Source: an uncultured Candidatus Saccharibacteria bacterium (lineage in GTDB: Bacteria; Patescibacteriota; Minisyncoccia; UBA6257; 2-01-FULL-56-20). From it: DNA of 64,000 nt. A program made the position numbers and the translations under genes. The DNA is taken from contig CAYWDX010000002.1 in NCBI GenBank assembly GCA_964456235.1, forward strand, positions 14,061 to 78,060. Reading direction: 5' to 3'. A model generated the notes under the pieces. It was given only the letters and a program-made list of their open reading frames with translations. It ran no database searches and had not been told where the DNA came from. Positions 27,190-37,197 of this stretch are shown here, piece after piece (positions within the stretch are counted from its first letter, which is position 1; each line of letters starts with the position of its first letter).

Positions 27190-27942
27190 ATGCCAGATGA
27201 ACTGATGACGTATCCCGCCGAAGCTTCCCGCGAAATGATAGACGCGGGGGTTTTTTATGGACGGAAAAAGAGCAAAACGAATCCAAAAATGCGCGCGTTC
27301 ATTTTGATGAATCGCGCCGGGATTGAAATTATCAACCTTGAAAAATCGGCTCGGGCGATTGAAGAAGCGGCGGCCTTCATTAAAGAAAAGATCCGCCAGA
27401 ACGGCCTCGCGCTCTTGGTCGGCACGAGTCCCGCGTCGGAGCCCGCAATCATGCGCCTGGCGCAAGAATTCAACCTTCCCTACGTGACCAATCGATGGAT
27501 CGGCGGAACGATCACGAATTACAGCATCATCGCAAAGCGCGTCGCACACTTGAAAAAGTTGCGCACGGATTTTGCATCGGGTGCACTGGAGAAATATACA
27601 AAAAAGGAACGCCTGGAAATGGAGCGTGAAATGCACCGCTTAGAAGAACTGATGGGTGGACTCGAAAATTTGACCCGCGAGCCGGACCTCCTCATTATGG
27701 CGGATCCCGGCATCCATAAGACGGCGGTCAATGAAGCCCGCCGCCGCAAAATTCCCGTGGTTGCACTGGCCAACGTTGACGCGAATCCAGATGAGATCGA
27801 CTATCTCATTCCCGGGAACGACAAGGCAAAGAAAAGCATTGACTGGTTTTTCGAAAAAGTGGAGGGGGCGATCCGACAGGGAATAAGCATGCGGGCTGCT
27901 CCGGCTCCAGCAGAGCAAACGCCGAGCGAACCAGTAAAGTAA
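27190..27942 (+). CDS. rpsB: 30S ribosomal protein S2
   Basis: AGVFYG, NPKM, RWIGGTITN, IPGND. Confidence 0.95.
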   Translation: MPDELMTYPAEASREMIDAGVFYGRKKSKTNPKMRAFILMNRAGIEIINLEKSARAIEEAAAFIKEKIRQNGLALLVGTSPASEPAIMRLAQEFNLPYVTNRWIGGTITNYSIIAKRVAHLKKLRTDFASGALEKYTKKERLEMEREMHRLEELMGGLENLTREPDLLIMADPGIHKTAVNEARRRKIPVVALANVDANPDEIDYLIPGNDKAKKSIDWFFEKVEGAIRQGISMRAAPAPAEQTPSEPVK

Positions 27943-27975
27943 AATTAAAAAATTATTAAACGAAACTTGACAACA

Positions 27976-28437
27976 ATGAAAAATAAAAAAGAAGCGACGG
28001 CGGAATCAGTGCAAGCGCTGCGCGAGATGACCGGCGCGGGCGTGATGGACTGCCGGAAAGCACTCATGGACGCTCAAGGCGACATGGAGGCGGCAAAAAA
28101 ATTGATCCAGGAGAAAGGGCTTTCGAAAGTCGAGAAGCGTGCGGGGCGCGAAACAGGCGCTGGCTTGGTGCATGCTTACACGCACAACGGCCGCATCGGC
28201 GTGCTCGTGGAGCTCCGGGCCGAGACGGATTTTGTGGTCCGTTCCGAACCGTTCCAGGCACTCGCGCATGAATTAGCGATGCAGATTGCGGCAACAAAGC
28301 CCGCAGATGTGGAAGCGCTTCTTGCCCAACCCTTCATTAAAGATGAATCGCACACGGTCAAAGACCTCGTGAATAATGTTATCGCGAAAGTCGGGGAAAA
28401 TATTTTAGTTCGGCAATTTTCGCGGATTGAAGTCTAG
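27976..28437 (+). CDS. tsf: Elongation factor Ts (short form)
   Basis: LREMTGAGVMDCRKAL, ETDFV, follows rpsB. Confidence 0.94.
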   Translation: MKNKKEATAESVQALREMTGAGVMDCRKALMDAQGDMEAAKKLIQEKGLSKVEKRAGRETGAGLVHAYTHNGRIGVLVELRAETDFVVRSEPFQALAHELAMQIAATKPADVEALLAQPFIKDESHTVKDLVNNVIAKVGENILVRQFSRIEV

Positions 28438-28465
28438 TGGAATAGAGGTATAATAGAGTTGCCTT

Positions 28466-28810
28466 ATGGTGCTATTTATTTTCATGAGCCTGCTCATGGT
28501 ATCGCTTTCGGCGATGCTCTATCTTTTTGTGCGTGCATTGCCTCGGGTGGGAGAGGAACCAGCGGCAGCTTACGTCGGCGGCATTGCCCACGCATGGCGA
28601 CGCTCGGAGATTCCTGAAAAAATCGACGCGTTCGTAAATGACTTTCTTCTCAAATCTCTGAGGAAACTGAAGGTGGTGATTTTAAAGCTCGACAACAACT
28701 TGAGCCGTCATCTGCAGCGCATCAAACCAAAGACCGATATGAGACAGAGCAGTATTGATTTTAAGGAAATCGCAGAGCAGAATAAGGAAGGCGAGCGGAC
28801 CAGTCTTTAA
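28466..28810 (+). CDS. Small membrane-anchored hypothetical protein
   Basis: N-terminal TM, TATAAT at 28449-28454. Confidence 0.7.
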   Translation: MVLFIFMSLLMVSLSAMLYLFVRALPRVGEEPAAAYVGGIAHAWRRSEIPEKIDAFVNDFLLKSLRKLKVVILKLDNNLSRHLQRIKPKTDMRQSSIDFKEIAEQNKEGERTSL

Positions 28811-28866
28811 GGAGTCGCCAGGAAAGGCTCTTTGGATGCCGGCGATCTCGCAAAAATTTTGTAAAT

Positions 28867-28951
28867 GCGCAGGTGGCGGAGCGGCCAATCGCAACGCGCT
28901 GTAAACGCGTCGCCCTTTCGGGCTACGGGGGTTCGAATCCCTCCCTGCGCA
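28867..28951 (+). tRNA. tRNA-Tyr(GTA), long variable arm, CCA not encoded
   Basis: GCGCAGG/CCTGCGC acceptor, ACGCG-CTGTAAA-CGCGT, GGTTCGAATCC. Confidence 0.96.
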
Positions 28952-28957
28952 CAAAAA

Positions 28958-29341
28958 CTAGACGAAGGAATTCTTGAGATAAATTTTGTTACCCAAAAAG
29001 GTGACCAAAAAGCCGTTAATGAGTGCTCTTAGGTGTGAGTGTTTGACGGGATCCGACCCGCAGTAATGGACTAAGTTATGAATGTTTCTCTCGGCTAATC
29101 TTTGAACTAAGGCTGGCACATCTTTTTCGTTACCAATCACATCGACATCGTGTTCTGTATAGCCTCTCTCGATAAGGCCACCGACAATCGTGAGATGTAA
29201 TCCTGACATACAGGGCCGAACCTCCTCAGCGGTGATTCGATCCCATTTTTTCCGCAAGAAATGAGTAAGTCCGTGCCCGAACACCTTTGACCCAAATCTA
29301 CAGACTTTACAAGAGGAAGTGTGATAACAGTGCGGTATCAT
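28958..29341 (-). CDS. Small protein with a minimal nucleotidyltransferase-like motif
   Basis: IVGGLIERGYTEHDVDVI fits hG[GS]-xn-DhD; AT-richer than its neighbours; start uncertain. Confidence 0.5.
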   Translation of the reverse strand: MIPHCYHTSSCKVCRFGSKVFGHGLTHFLRKKWDRITAEEVRPCMSGLHLTIVGGLIERGYTEHDVDVIGNEKDVPALVQRLAERNIHNLVHYCGSDPVKHSHLRALINGFLVTFLGNKIYLKNSFV

Positions 29342-29410
29342 TCCTTCATTAAAGCATGAAAAAATATAAGCGGCTCCGCTGAAAGAGGCACACAAGGGCT
29401 TTCTCAGTGC

Positions 29411-30562
29411 TCATTGATACTGCACGTAAATCGGTTGCGGCGCCAGTTTGAAAACTTCCGCCGGCGTCATGAGGTGCCCAGCGCGCGCATCATTTTTATA
29501 GAAAAGCTTGATGCCAGTAAATTGGACTGGGTAGGCCTGCACGAAATCGTGGTAACTCGTAATCTTCTTTGATATAGAACCAAATCCATCCATATTCATC
29601 ACGATCTGTACTTCGGGAAGTCGTATGATCTTTGCTGAATTGGTGACCATGGCCTGCGTGAAGCGGTGCACCACGAGAACCTTGGGCGGCAAATTATTTT
29701 GGCGAACGAGGTTGGCAAGATATTGCGCGACAAAATTGATATCGGCGGCATCGAGCGAACCGATCACGGTTCCAGGGCGAGCCCCGCCGTGCATGGCAAA
29801 CTCGGGATCAAGCGCGAGATGGACCTGCGGCAGTTTTAGGTATTTTTCGAGCAGGGGGATTTCGGTTTGCACGTTACTCAAGCCGACCTGCACGTCGAGA
29901 ATCACGATGCCGTTCGCTTGCGCCGCCATCTGGATGGCTTTTTGAATTTGGCTATCGGGCATGCGCGCGCGATATTTGCCGTCGGTTCCCGCACTCGCCT
30001 GCGCCGTCACGGCAATGTATTCAATAGCAGGCAGCGTCGGCGTTGAGGTGTCGGCGGCCTGCCACAGGGCACTCGTACTCGCGAGCATCTGCAAGACTTG
30101 CGCCGGCGGATATTCACCCAACACGCCCATTTGCGCAGAATAGAAATTACCGTAGTAGGCGACGATGCGCCTAAAAGGCAGAATGGCGCCACCATTGGGA
30201 TACACCGTTTTGACCGGCCACCCGACGGGGATCGTCGAGGTGGTAATAATAGTAGAAGATGGCGTAGAGCTTGTCGCCCTTATCCTTTGGATATGTTGGA
30301 TGGTGGTCAGGTTCGCCAATTGTAAAAGTTTCGCATCGTATGCGGCCTGATCGAGTGGGGGATATACCGGCGCCAGTGCCGTCCCTGGCGTGCCGGTTGG
30401 GGTCGCCGTACCCGTCGCGCCTGCCGTATTCGTCGCGTTCGCCGAATCAGCATTTCCAATCATGATCGCGCGCGGAAATTTCGCGAGCGTAAAGACGATC
30501 AAAAGAAAGGCGCATGCGCCTCCGGCAAATGCAACCAAAACCTTCTTGCTCATCTTTTGCAT
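29411..30562 (-). CDS. Membrane-anchored extracytoplasmic protein (TIM-barrel/hydrolase-like)
   Basis: N-terminal TM, Thr/Pro linker, RIVAYYG, ILDVQVG, HLALDPEF, MDGFG, GIKLFY; start uncertain. Confidence 0.7.
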   Translation of the reverse strand: MQKMSKKVLVAFAGGACAFLLIVFTLAKFPRAIMIGNADSANATNTAGATGTATPTGTPGTALAPVYPPLDQAAYDAKLLQLANLTTIQHIQRIRATSSTPSSTIITTSTIPVGWPVKTVYPNGGAILPFRRIVAYYGNFYSAQMGVLGEYPPAQVLQMLASTSALWQAADTSTPTLPAIEYIAVTAQASAGTDGKYRARMPDSQIQKAIQMAAQANGIVILDVQVGLSNVQTEIPLLEKYLKLPQVHLALDPEFAMHGGARPGTVIGSLDAADINFVAQYLANLVRQNNLPPKVLVVHRFTQAMVTNSAKIIRLPEVQIVMNMDGFGSISKKITSYHDFVQAYPVQFTGIKLFYKNDARAGHLMTPAEVFKLAPQPIYVQYQ

Positions 30563-30621
30563 TCTCGCCTGTATTGCAGATTTATTCAACCTCTTTTATA
30601 TTGTTGTGAGAGGAGATCATA

Positions 30622-30831
30622 ATGCTTCGTCTTGAGCTAAAAGAAGATTACCGCGCGAAACTTCCGCCGCAGTTCCACCAGGCAATCGACGACATGGCGG
30701 TTGGGTTCGATGGGTTACGGGAGACGGTTGAAGAGCTGAACGTGAAGGCGCTCCCGGAGGATCCTTTTCAGGAATGGCGTGGCGCGCTGTTCTATAAAGG
30801 AATGATTATCGGTACCATCCGGGCGAGCTAG
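30622..30831 (+). CDS. Small hypothetical protein
   Basis: AGGAG SD before ATG; terminator downstream. Confidence 0.55.
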   Translation: MLRLELKEDYRAKLPPQFHQAIDDMAVGFDGLRETVEELNVKALPEDPFQEWRGALFYKGMIIGTIRAS

Positions 30832-30854
30832 ACAAAACAGCAGTCATCAGATTT

Positions 30855-30880
30855 AAGGGACGAGCAATCGTCCCTTCTTG
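30855..30880 (+). terminator. Intrinsic terminator
   Basis: AAGGGACGA-GCAA-TCGTCCCTT then CTTG. Confidence 0.7.
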
Positions 30881-30914
30881 CTTCAAGCGGGGGCGTTTGA
30901 TATAGTAATCCGCA

Positions 30915-32162
30915 ATGAGGCGTCATCCAGGCCTTTTTTTAACGATTATTGTAGTCGTCGCAATTGCGGCCGGATTCTTTGTTTATCCAGGCGGAGTCAG
31001 TTCAACATGGCGACCGTGGCACCTCGGGCTTGATCTTGTCGGCGGCAGCCATCTCGTATATCAAATCGACCTCTCGAAAGTGAATACGGGCGATCAGGAT
31101 TCGGTTATTCAGGGTTTGCGTGACGTAATCGAAAAGAGAGTAAATCTTTTTGGGGTGAGCGAGCCGCAGGTTTACACCGCACAGTCTGGGAACCAAGCGC
31201 AGCTCATCGTTGATCTTGCGGGTGTCAAAAATGTGAGCGATGCCATCAACGAAATTGGCCAGACGCCGTCCCTCGATTTCCGCGAGGTTGAGCAAGCAAC
31301 GAGCTCTACACAGCCGCAATATATTTACACCAACCTGACGGGGGAATATATCACCGGCGCCCAGCTTGCCTTTGACCCGAACACGGGAGCGCCACAGGTT
31401 CAAATCACGTTTAACAACGCCGGCGCAACCATTTTTGAAAAAATCACTGCGGCGAATGTCGGTAAGCCACTCGCGATTTTTTTGGATGATCAGTTGATCG
31501 AAGCGCCCGTCGTGCAGCAAGCAATCAGTGGCGGGAAAGCCGTGATCAGCGGTAATTTTACGCTTGATACGGCCCGGACACTCGTCGAGCGCTTCAACGC
31601 CGGCGCCCTTCCCGCACCGATCACGTTGATCAACCAGCAAACCGTGAGCCCCACGCTCGGCGCACATTCTTTAAACAAGATGATTGTCGCCGCCATCGCT
31701 GGAACGCTCATCGTGATGCTCTTTATGCTCTTCTATTACCGGCTACTCGGACTTTTTGCTTCACTCGCACTCATTATCTATATCGTGCTCACGCTCGGTA
31801 TTTTCAAAATCGTTCCAGTTACCTTGAGCTTGTCAGGCCTGGCCGGCTTCGTCCTCACGATTGGCATGGCGGTTGATGCGAACATCCTCATCTTCGAGCG
31901 CATTAAAGAAGAATTAAAACGTGGCTTGCCAAAGCACTCGGCGATCGAAGAGGGTTTTCGCCGGGCCTGGCCTTCGATCCGCGACTCCAACGCGTCCACT
32001 ATTATTACGGCTGTTATTCTTTATTATTTCACCTCGAGTTTTGTGCAAGGTTTTGCGCTCACGCTGCTTATCGGTGTCCTCGTAAGCTTGTTCAGCGCGA
32101 TTACCACCACGCGGCTTTTCCTGCGCGCCTTCCTGAAAGATGCAAAACCACACCATGCTTAA
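30915..32162 (+). CDS. secD: Protein translocase subunit SecD
   Basis: LGLDLVGG, RVNLFGVSEP, AGALPAP, IGMAVDANILIFERIKEE. Confidence 0.96.
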   Translation: MRRHPGLFLTIIVVVAIAAGFFVYPGGVSSTWRPWHLGLDLVGGSHLVYQIDLSKVNTGDQDSVIQGLRDVIEKRVNLFGVSEPQVYTAQSGNQAQLIVDLAGVKNVSDAINEIGQTPSLDFREVEQATSSTQPQYIYTNLTGEYITGAQLAFDPNTGAPQVQITFNNAGATIFEKITAANVGKPLAIFLDDQLIEAPVVQQAISGGKAVISGNFTLDTARTLVERFNAGALPAPITLINQQTVSPTLGAHSLNKMIVAAIAGTLIVMLFMLFYYRLLGLFASLALIIYIVLTLGIFKIVPVTLSLSGLAGFVLTIGMAVDANILIFERIKEELKRGLPKHSAIEEGFRRAWPSIRDSNASTIITAVILYYFTSSFVQGFALTLLIGVLVSLFSAITTTRLFLRAFLKDAKPHHA

Positions 32163-33054
32163 CATTGTTGGCAAAAAAGGGATTTGGTTCACAATTTCAG
32201 GCATCCTCATAGCGGCCTCGATTTTTGCGATCGCGCTTTACGGATTCCAACAGAGCCCAGAATTCCTTGGCGGCTCGTTATGGGCGTTTAAGATTGAGGG
32301 AAATACGCCGTCGCTCCAAACCGTTCAGGATTTTTTTGCCAACAACATGAAAATTCAGGGAGCGCAGGTCACCATGAATACCAGCGATCAATCTTTCCTC
32401 GCGCGGTTCAATGCGGTGAGTGAAAACACGCACAAACAATATCTTAATCTTACCCAAAACGAGTGGCCGTCATTCAGCGAATTAAGTTTTTCATCGATCG
32501 GGCCATCGGTTGGCGCAGGACTTAGAAAAAATGCGATGGTCGCAATCGTCCTGGTGATCATCGGCATCTCAATATATGTCGCATACGCATTCCGTAAGAC
32601 ATCGCGCCCGGTGAGTTCGTGGAAATATGGCTGGGTCACCCTCCTCACCCTCTTCCACGACGTCTGCATTCCGGCCGGACTCCTCGCGGTGCTCGGCCAT
32701 TTCGCGCACGTCGAGATCGATACGAATTTTATCGTCGCGTTACTCGTCGTGATGGGCTTCTCGGTGCACGACACGATCGTCGTGTTTGACCGCACGCGCG
32801 AAAATCTCGTGACGCGCCGGGGCAAATCATCGTTTGCAACCATCGTGAACGACAGCGTGAACCAATCGCTCGCGCGTTCGATCAATACTTCACTCGCCCT
32901 TATCTTCGTGCTTCTCGCGATGTACTTCGTGGGACCCGCCGACCTCAAATATTTTGTCCTGACGCTCCTCGTCGGCGTGACCACCGGCATCTATTCATCG
33001 ATTTTCGTGGCCAGCCCGATCCTTGTACTCCTCAAGCCGAAGAACGAGCAATAA
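32155..33054 (+). CDS. secF: Protein translocase subunit SecF
   Basis: IGPSVG, FHD, GFSVHDTIVVFDRTREN, RSINTS. Confidence 0.95.
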   Translation: MLNIVGKKGIWFTISGILIAASIFAIALYGFQQSPEFLGGSLWAFKIEGNTPSLQTVQDFFANNMKIQGAQVTMNTSDQSFLARFNAVSENTHKQYLNLTQNEWPSFSELSFSSIGPSVGAGLRKNAMVAIVLVIIGISIYVAYAFRKTSRPVSSWKYGWVTLLTLFHDVCIPAGLLAVLGHFAHVEIDTNFIVALLVVMGFSVHDTIVVFDRTRENLVTRRGKSSFATIVNDSVNQSLARSINTSLALIFVLLAMYFVGPADLKYFVLTLLVGVTTGIYSSIFVASPILVLLKPKNEQ

Positions 33055-33074
33055 CGGGCAATCCACAGCCGACG

Positions 33075-33104
33075 TTGACATTATCGGTAAAAATGATGTA
33101 TATT
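33075..33104 (+). promoter_or_regulatory. Sigma70-type promoter
   Basis: TTGACA-18-TATATT upstream of the 33132 gene. Confidence 0.55.
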
Positions 33105-33131
33105 ATTTAGGTCAAAACTGACGAAAAACCT

Positions 33132-34166
33132 ATGCCGATAATGACAAAAATCATTAATGCCGCATTGGCAAACCTGAAGCCCCGCCAAAAAGAAGTGGTG
33201 GCGGCCCGCTTCGGGCTCGAAAAAGAAGGCGGCGAAGGGGAGACGCTTGCTTCGATCGGCGACCGCTTGAAGGTTACGCGTGAACGCGTTCGGCAGATTG
33301 AGGCGAGCGGCATTGCGCTGGCGAAGAAAAGTGTCGCCGAAAATGCCGAAACGACGGCGGTCCTCGAAAAATTAAAGAAATATATTGCTGGCCTCGGCGG
33401 GGTCGCCAAGAAATCCGACGTCATCGACTACGTGACCACCCTCGCGAAGGGAATTCGTCCGAACCAACTCGACTTCCTCGCGGAAGTTTCGAATGCATTC
33501 AAGTTGTATCGGGAAGATGAAAATTTCGTTCCGTTTTATTACATCGGCAACCGCGAATTAAAAGAAGCAAAAGCGTTTGTTGAAAATTGGGTTTCGACGC
33601 TGCGCTCGCGCAAAGACAAAATAATGGATGGTGCCTACCAGGTACAGCTTGCCAGTTTCTTGAAGACCAAGACTATGGCGAGCGTTGTCGGCGAAAATTA
33701 TTTGGGAATTGCGAAGCACGTTGGCCAGAATCCGTATGGTGATCGGGGCCTTCGCGAGTGGCCGGAAATTCAGCCGGCGACCGTACGCGATAAGATTTAT
33801 CTCGTCCTCAAAAAGAAAGGCGCTCCACTTCACTTTGAAGATATCGCAAAACACATCAACAAAATGAAATTCGATGAACAGGCGGCGCTCGCTCCAACGG
33901 TCCACAATGAACTCATCAAGGATGAGCGTTTTGTGCTCGTCGGCCGGGGTATGTACGGCCTTCGCGAGCACGGCTACGAGCCGGGCACCGCGCGCGAAGT
34001 TATCGCCAAAGTGCTCAAGATCGAAGGGCCGCTTCGGGCGAACGATGTGTTGCAGGCGGTGAGCAAGCAGCGTTTCTTTAAGCAGAACACCGTACTGATC
34101 AACCTTCAGAATCGAAATTATTTTGAACGGATGTCCGACGGGCGCTATCGCGTCCGCGAGGCCTAA
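33132..34166 (+). CDS. Sigma70 region-4 HTH plus C-terminal HARE-HTH-like winged-helix protein
   Basis: RFGL..ETLASIG..VTRERVRQIE; PLHFEDIA, TVHNELIKDERFVLVGRGMYGL. Confidence 0.78.
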   Translation: MPIMTKIINAALANLKPRQKEVVAARFGLEKEGGEGETLASIGDRLKVTRERVRQIEASGIALAKKSVAENAETTAVLEKLKKYIAGLGGVAKKSDVIDYVTTLAKGIRPNQLDFLAEVSNAFKLYREDENFVPFYYIGNRELKEAKAFVENWVSTLRSRKDKIMDGAYQVQLASFLKTKTMASVVGENYLGIAKHVGQNPYGDRGLREWPEIQPATVRDKIYLVLKKKGAPLHFEDIAKHINKMKFDEQAALAPTVHNELIKDERFVLVGRGMYGLREHGYEPGTAREVIAKVLKIEGPLRANDVLQAVSKQRFFKQNTVLINLQNRNYFERMSDGRYRVREA

Positions 34167-34218
34167 ACGCTTCGGTGCGCCTAAGTTTCGCTGAATCTTG
34201 TAATATTAATAGAAGAAT

Positions 34219-35526
34219 ATGGCACAGAATATCACCTCGTTTTTGAGTCTCCCGCCGGCGTTCGCCCCCTTTCTCGCGAGCGTGCTGGAGGTTTGGGATG
34301 TCGTTTGGTGGCTCGTCCTCCTCGCCATCACCAGTATCTTTTTTTGGGAGGCCTGGCTTCTCTATCTCGGCTGGCGGTGGGCCCGCGGCCTAAACTTCAA
34401 GCTGCTTGAAATTAAAGTACCTAAAAATATCCTTAAAACTCCTAAAGCGATGGAGCAGATTTTTGCCGCCGCGCATGCGCCCTATTCATATGGCATTCGT
34501 CCGTTCGATTATTACTGGAAGGGGCAGCGTGAATCGTGGATGTCATTTGAACTCATCGGCAAGGCGGGGGAGAGCCGCTTTTATCTTCGCGTTCCGGCGA
34601 AACTGCGCAACATGATGGAGTCGGCAATCTATAGCCAATACCCGGAAGCAGAAATTAACGAAGCGGAAGATTATTTGCACGCGATGCCGCACATCATTCC
34701 CAATAAAGATTTCACGTGCGAAGGATTTGAGGAAGAATTGCGCCACGAGGATTATCTGCCGCTCCGCACCTACCCCCTGTTTGAAGATCCAACCGAAGAG
34801 CGCCGCGTCGATACCATCGGCGGATTACTCGAGGTCATGTCAAAATTGCGAGGAGATGAACAGATCTGGTTACAGATCATCATCGTTCCAACCGGCGAAG
34901 ATTTCAGAAAGGAGGGCGAAGAGGCGATCAACGAGATTCTCCATATTGAAGATGAAGAAAAGAAAAGCCCCAGCATATTTCCCAGTCTTGACCTGGGTGT
35001 TTCGCTGGGCGACGCATTGACGGCTCCTTTTAAACATCCAGAACCCGCCCAGGAACGCAAAGAAGAGCGCGAGCAAAAATTGCGCTTTTTGGTCGCAACC
35101 CACGAGAAGGAACGCGCGGAGGCGATCCAACGAAAGATTGCAAAGCTCGCGTTCCACGCGACCGTCCGGTTTTTGGTCATCGATCGCAAGGAACAACCGG
35201 CGCGACAGGAATTTATCATGCCGCTCCATGGCTATATGCGACAATTCAACACTCAAGACTTAAACTCGCTGAAGCCGACCAAGGCTACGACGACGGCGAG
35301 CTATGCCGTGCGCGGCCTGTTCAAGAAACGCCGCATCCATTGGCGCCAACGCTCGCTCTATGAGCACTATTATTTCATCGTGCCGGCACATCATGCCTCG
35401 ATTCTGAATATCGAAGAGCTGGCGACAATATTCCACTTCCCAACGACCACCGTCGCGACGAGCGAACTCGAAAAGGTGGAGTCGCGCAAAGGAACCCCGC
35501 CGGCGGCGCTCCCGCTCGCCGAATAA
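34219..35526 (+). CDS. Conserved membrane protein typically paired with coupling-protein ATPases
   Basis: N-terminal TM, LLEIKVP, SFELIG, IYSQYPEAEI, ILNIEELATIFHFP. Confidence 0.72.
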   Translation: MAQNITSFLSLPPAFAPFLASVLEVWDVVWWLVLLAITSIFFWEAWLLYLGWRWARGLNFKLLEIKVPKNILKTPKAMEQIFAAAHAPYSYGIRPFDYYWKGQRESWMSFELIGKAGESRFYLRVPAKLRNMMESAIYSQYPEAEINEAEDYLHAMPHIIPNKDFTCEGFEEELRHEDYLPLRTYPLFEDPTEERRVDTIGGLLEVMSKLRGDEQIWLQIIIVPTGEDFRKEGEEAINEILHIEDEEKKSPSIFPSLDLGVSLGDALTAPFKHPEPAQERKEEREQKLRFLVATHEKERAEAIQRKIAKLAFHATVRFLVIDRKEQPARQEFIMPLHGYMRQFNTQDLNSLKPTKATTTASYAVRGLFKKRRIHWRQRSLYEHYYFIVPAHHASILNIEELATIFHFPTTTVATSELEKVESRKGTPPAALPLAE

Positions 35527-35547
35527 TTTTTTGTTATCACCGCCACC

Positions 35548-37197
35548 ATGCAGATTATGGATGAAAATGTAATCACGCCACTCGGCATCACAAATGCCCG
35601 GGGCACCAAAAAGAAATTCGGCGTCAAAATCGATGACCGCCGCCGCCACGTCTATGTGGTTGGAAAAACTGGTGTCGGCAAAACGACGCTTTTAGAAAAT
35701 ATGGCGATTTCCGACATGGAAAGCGGGAAGGGCGTTGCCATCATCGATCCGCACGGCGAATTTGCAGAAAAAATGCTCAACTTCGTCCCCGAGAACCGCC
35801 TCGACGACGTGATCTATTTTGATCCGTCCGATATCGAAAATCCTATTGCATTTAACCCGATGGAGCAGGTGGGGACCGAGTTCCGGCACCTGGTCGCTTC
35901 GGGCATCATGGGTGTTTTTAAAAAGATCTGGCCCGACGCCTGGTCGGCGCGCATGGAATATATTTTGAACAATACCTTGCTCGCGCTCCTCGAATATCCC
36001 GGGTCAACGCTCCTCGGCATCCTGCGCATGTTTGCCGAGCCGAACTATCGCAAGAAAATCGTTGATAACTTGAAGGATCCGGTCATCAAAGCATTCTGGC
36101 AGAACGAATTTGCACGCTACACGCAGCGGCTCGAAACCGAAGCGCTCGCCGCGATCCAAAACAAGGTGGGTCAGTTTGTTTCAAACCCACTCATCCGTAA
36201 CATCCTCGGGCAGTCGCGCTCAGCGCTCAACATGCGCGAGATTATGGACCAGGGAAAAATCCTTATCGTAAACCTTTCGAAGGGCAAGATGGGCGAAGAT
36301 AATTCTGCGCTCCTCGGCGCCATGATCATCACCCGGCTCCAGCTCGCCGCCATGTCGCGGGTCGACGTGGAAGAATCGAAGCGTCGCGACTTTTTCATGT
36401 ATGTCGACGAGTTCCAGAACTTCGCAACCGAATCATTCGCAGGGATTTTGTCTGAAGCACGCAAATACCGCTTGAGCTTGGTGCTCGCCCATCAATACAT
36501 CGGCCAATTGGTTACCGACCAGTCAACGCGGGTGCGCGATGCCGTTTTTGGAAACGTCGGGACCATCGTCACATTCCGAGTTGGCGCCCCTGACGCGGAA
36601 TTTCTCGAAAAAGAATTTATGCCCGAGTTTATGCAGCAAGATCTCGTTAATCTTGCCAAAGCCAATATTTATATAAAATTAATGATTGACGGCGTGGCTT
36701 CGCGGCCATTTTCGGCGACCACCATAGCGCCCAAAGCGTTGCCGCTCGCCTCATATCGCGACGTCATCATCCAAAATAGTCAGAAGCGCTACGGAACGCC
36801 GCGGCGGGTCGTTGAGGAACGCATCGCGGGGGAATGGGCCGCAACGAGCGAAGACATGATCCGAGAAAAATTGGGGCGTCAAAACGAGCGGAATCTTGAC
36901 GCGACGCTTGCTCCGCGGGGCGAGCGTTCAGACACGCAACCTGGTAGGGGCGCGCCTCGAACACCGCAAATAACAGAACGCCGCGCTGGTATGGAGCGTC
37001 GTGGCGAGGGGGAGTCGGCTTCGGCAGGCGAAGGTGAGCGCCCCAGAAAACCGGCCGCGCCATTGAGAGCTAAACCGAGCGCACCAAAACAATTTCCTAA
37101 ATCAAATGTCGATATCAACGAGCTTCGCCGCGCGATTAGTGATTCCTTGAGTGACCATGACCAAGAAAAAAAAGATCAGCCAGAAGCGGGCGGGTAA
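35548..37197 (+). CDS. VirD4/TraD/HerA-like coupling ATPase
   Basis: DDRRRHVYVVGKTGVGKTT, IIDPHG, YVDEFQNF, SEARKY, AHQY. Confidence 0.88.
   Translation: MQIMDENVITPLGITNARGTKKKFGVKIDDRRRHVYVVGKTGVGKTTLLENMAISDMESGKGVAIIDPHGEFAEKMLNFVPENRLDDVIYFDPSDIENPIAFNPMEQVGTEFRHLVASGIMGVFKKIWPDAWSARMEYILNNTLLALLEYPGSTLLGILRMFAEPNYRKKIVDNLKDPVIKAFWQNEFARYTQRLETEALAAIQNKVGQFVSNPLIRNILGQSRSALNMREIMDQGKILIVNLSKGKMGEDNSALLGAMIITRLQLAAMSRVDVEESKRRDFFMYVDEFQNFATESFAGILSEARKYRLSLVLAHQYIGQLVTDQSTRVRDAVFGNVGTIVTFRVGAPDAEFLEKEFMPEFMQQDLVNLAKANIYIKLMIDGVASRPFSATTIAPKALPLASYRDVIIQNSQKRYGTPRRVVEERIAGEWAATSEDMIREKLGRQNERNLDATLAPRGERSDTQPGRGAPRTPQITERRAGMERRGEGESASAGEGERPRKPAAPLRAKPSAPKQFPKSNVDINELRRAISDSLSDHDQEKKDQPEAGG

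Noticed and set aside
27976-28437. Short EF-Ts as a pseudogene
   Set aside because: Motifs are intact with a clean stop; short EF-Ts forms are known.
14156-29341. HEPN-like and MNT-like genes as a cognate toxin-antitoxin pair
   Set aside because: They are about 14 kb apart at different tRNA loci; cognate HEPN-MNT genes are normally adjacent.
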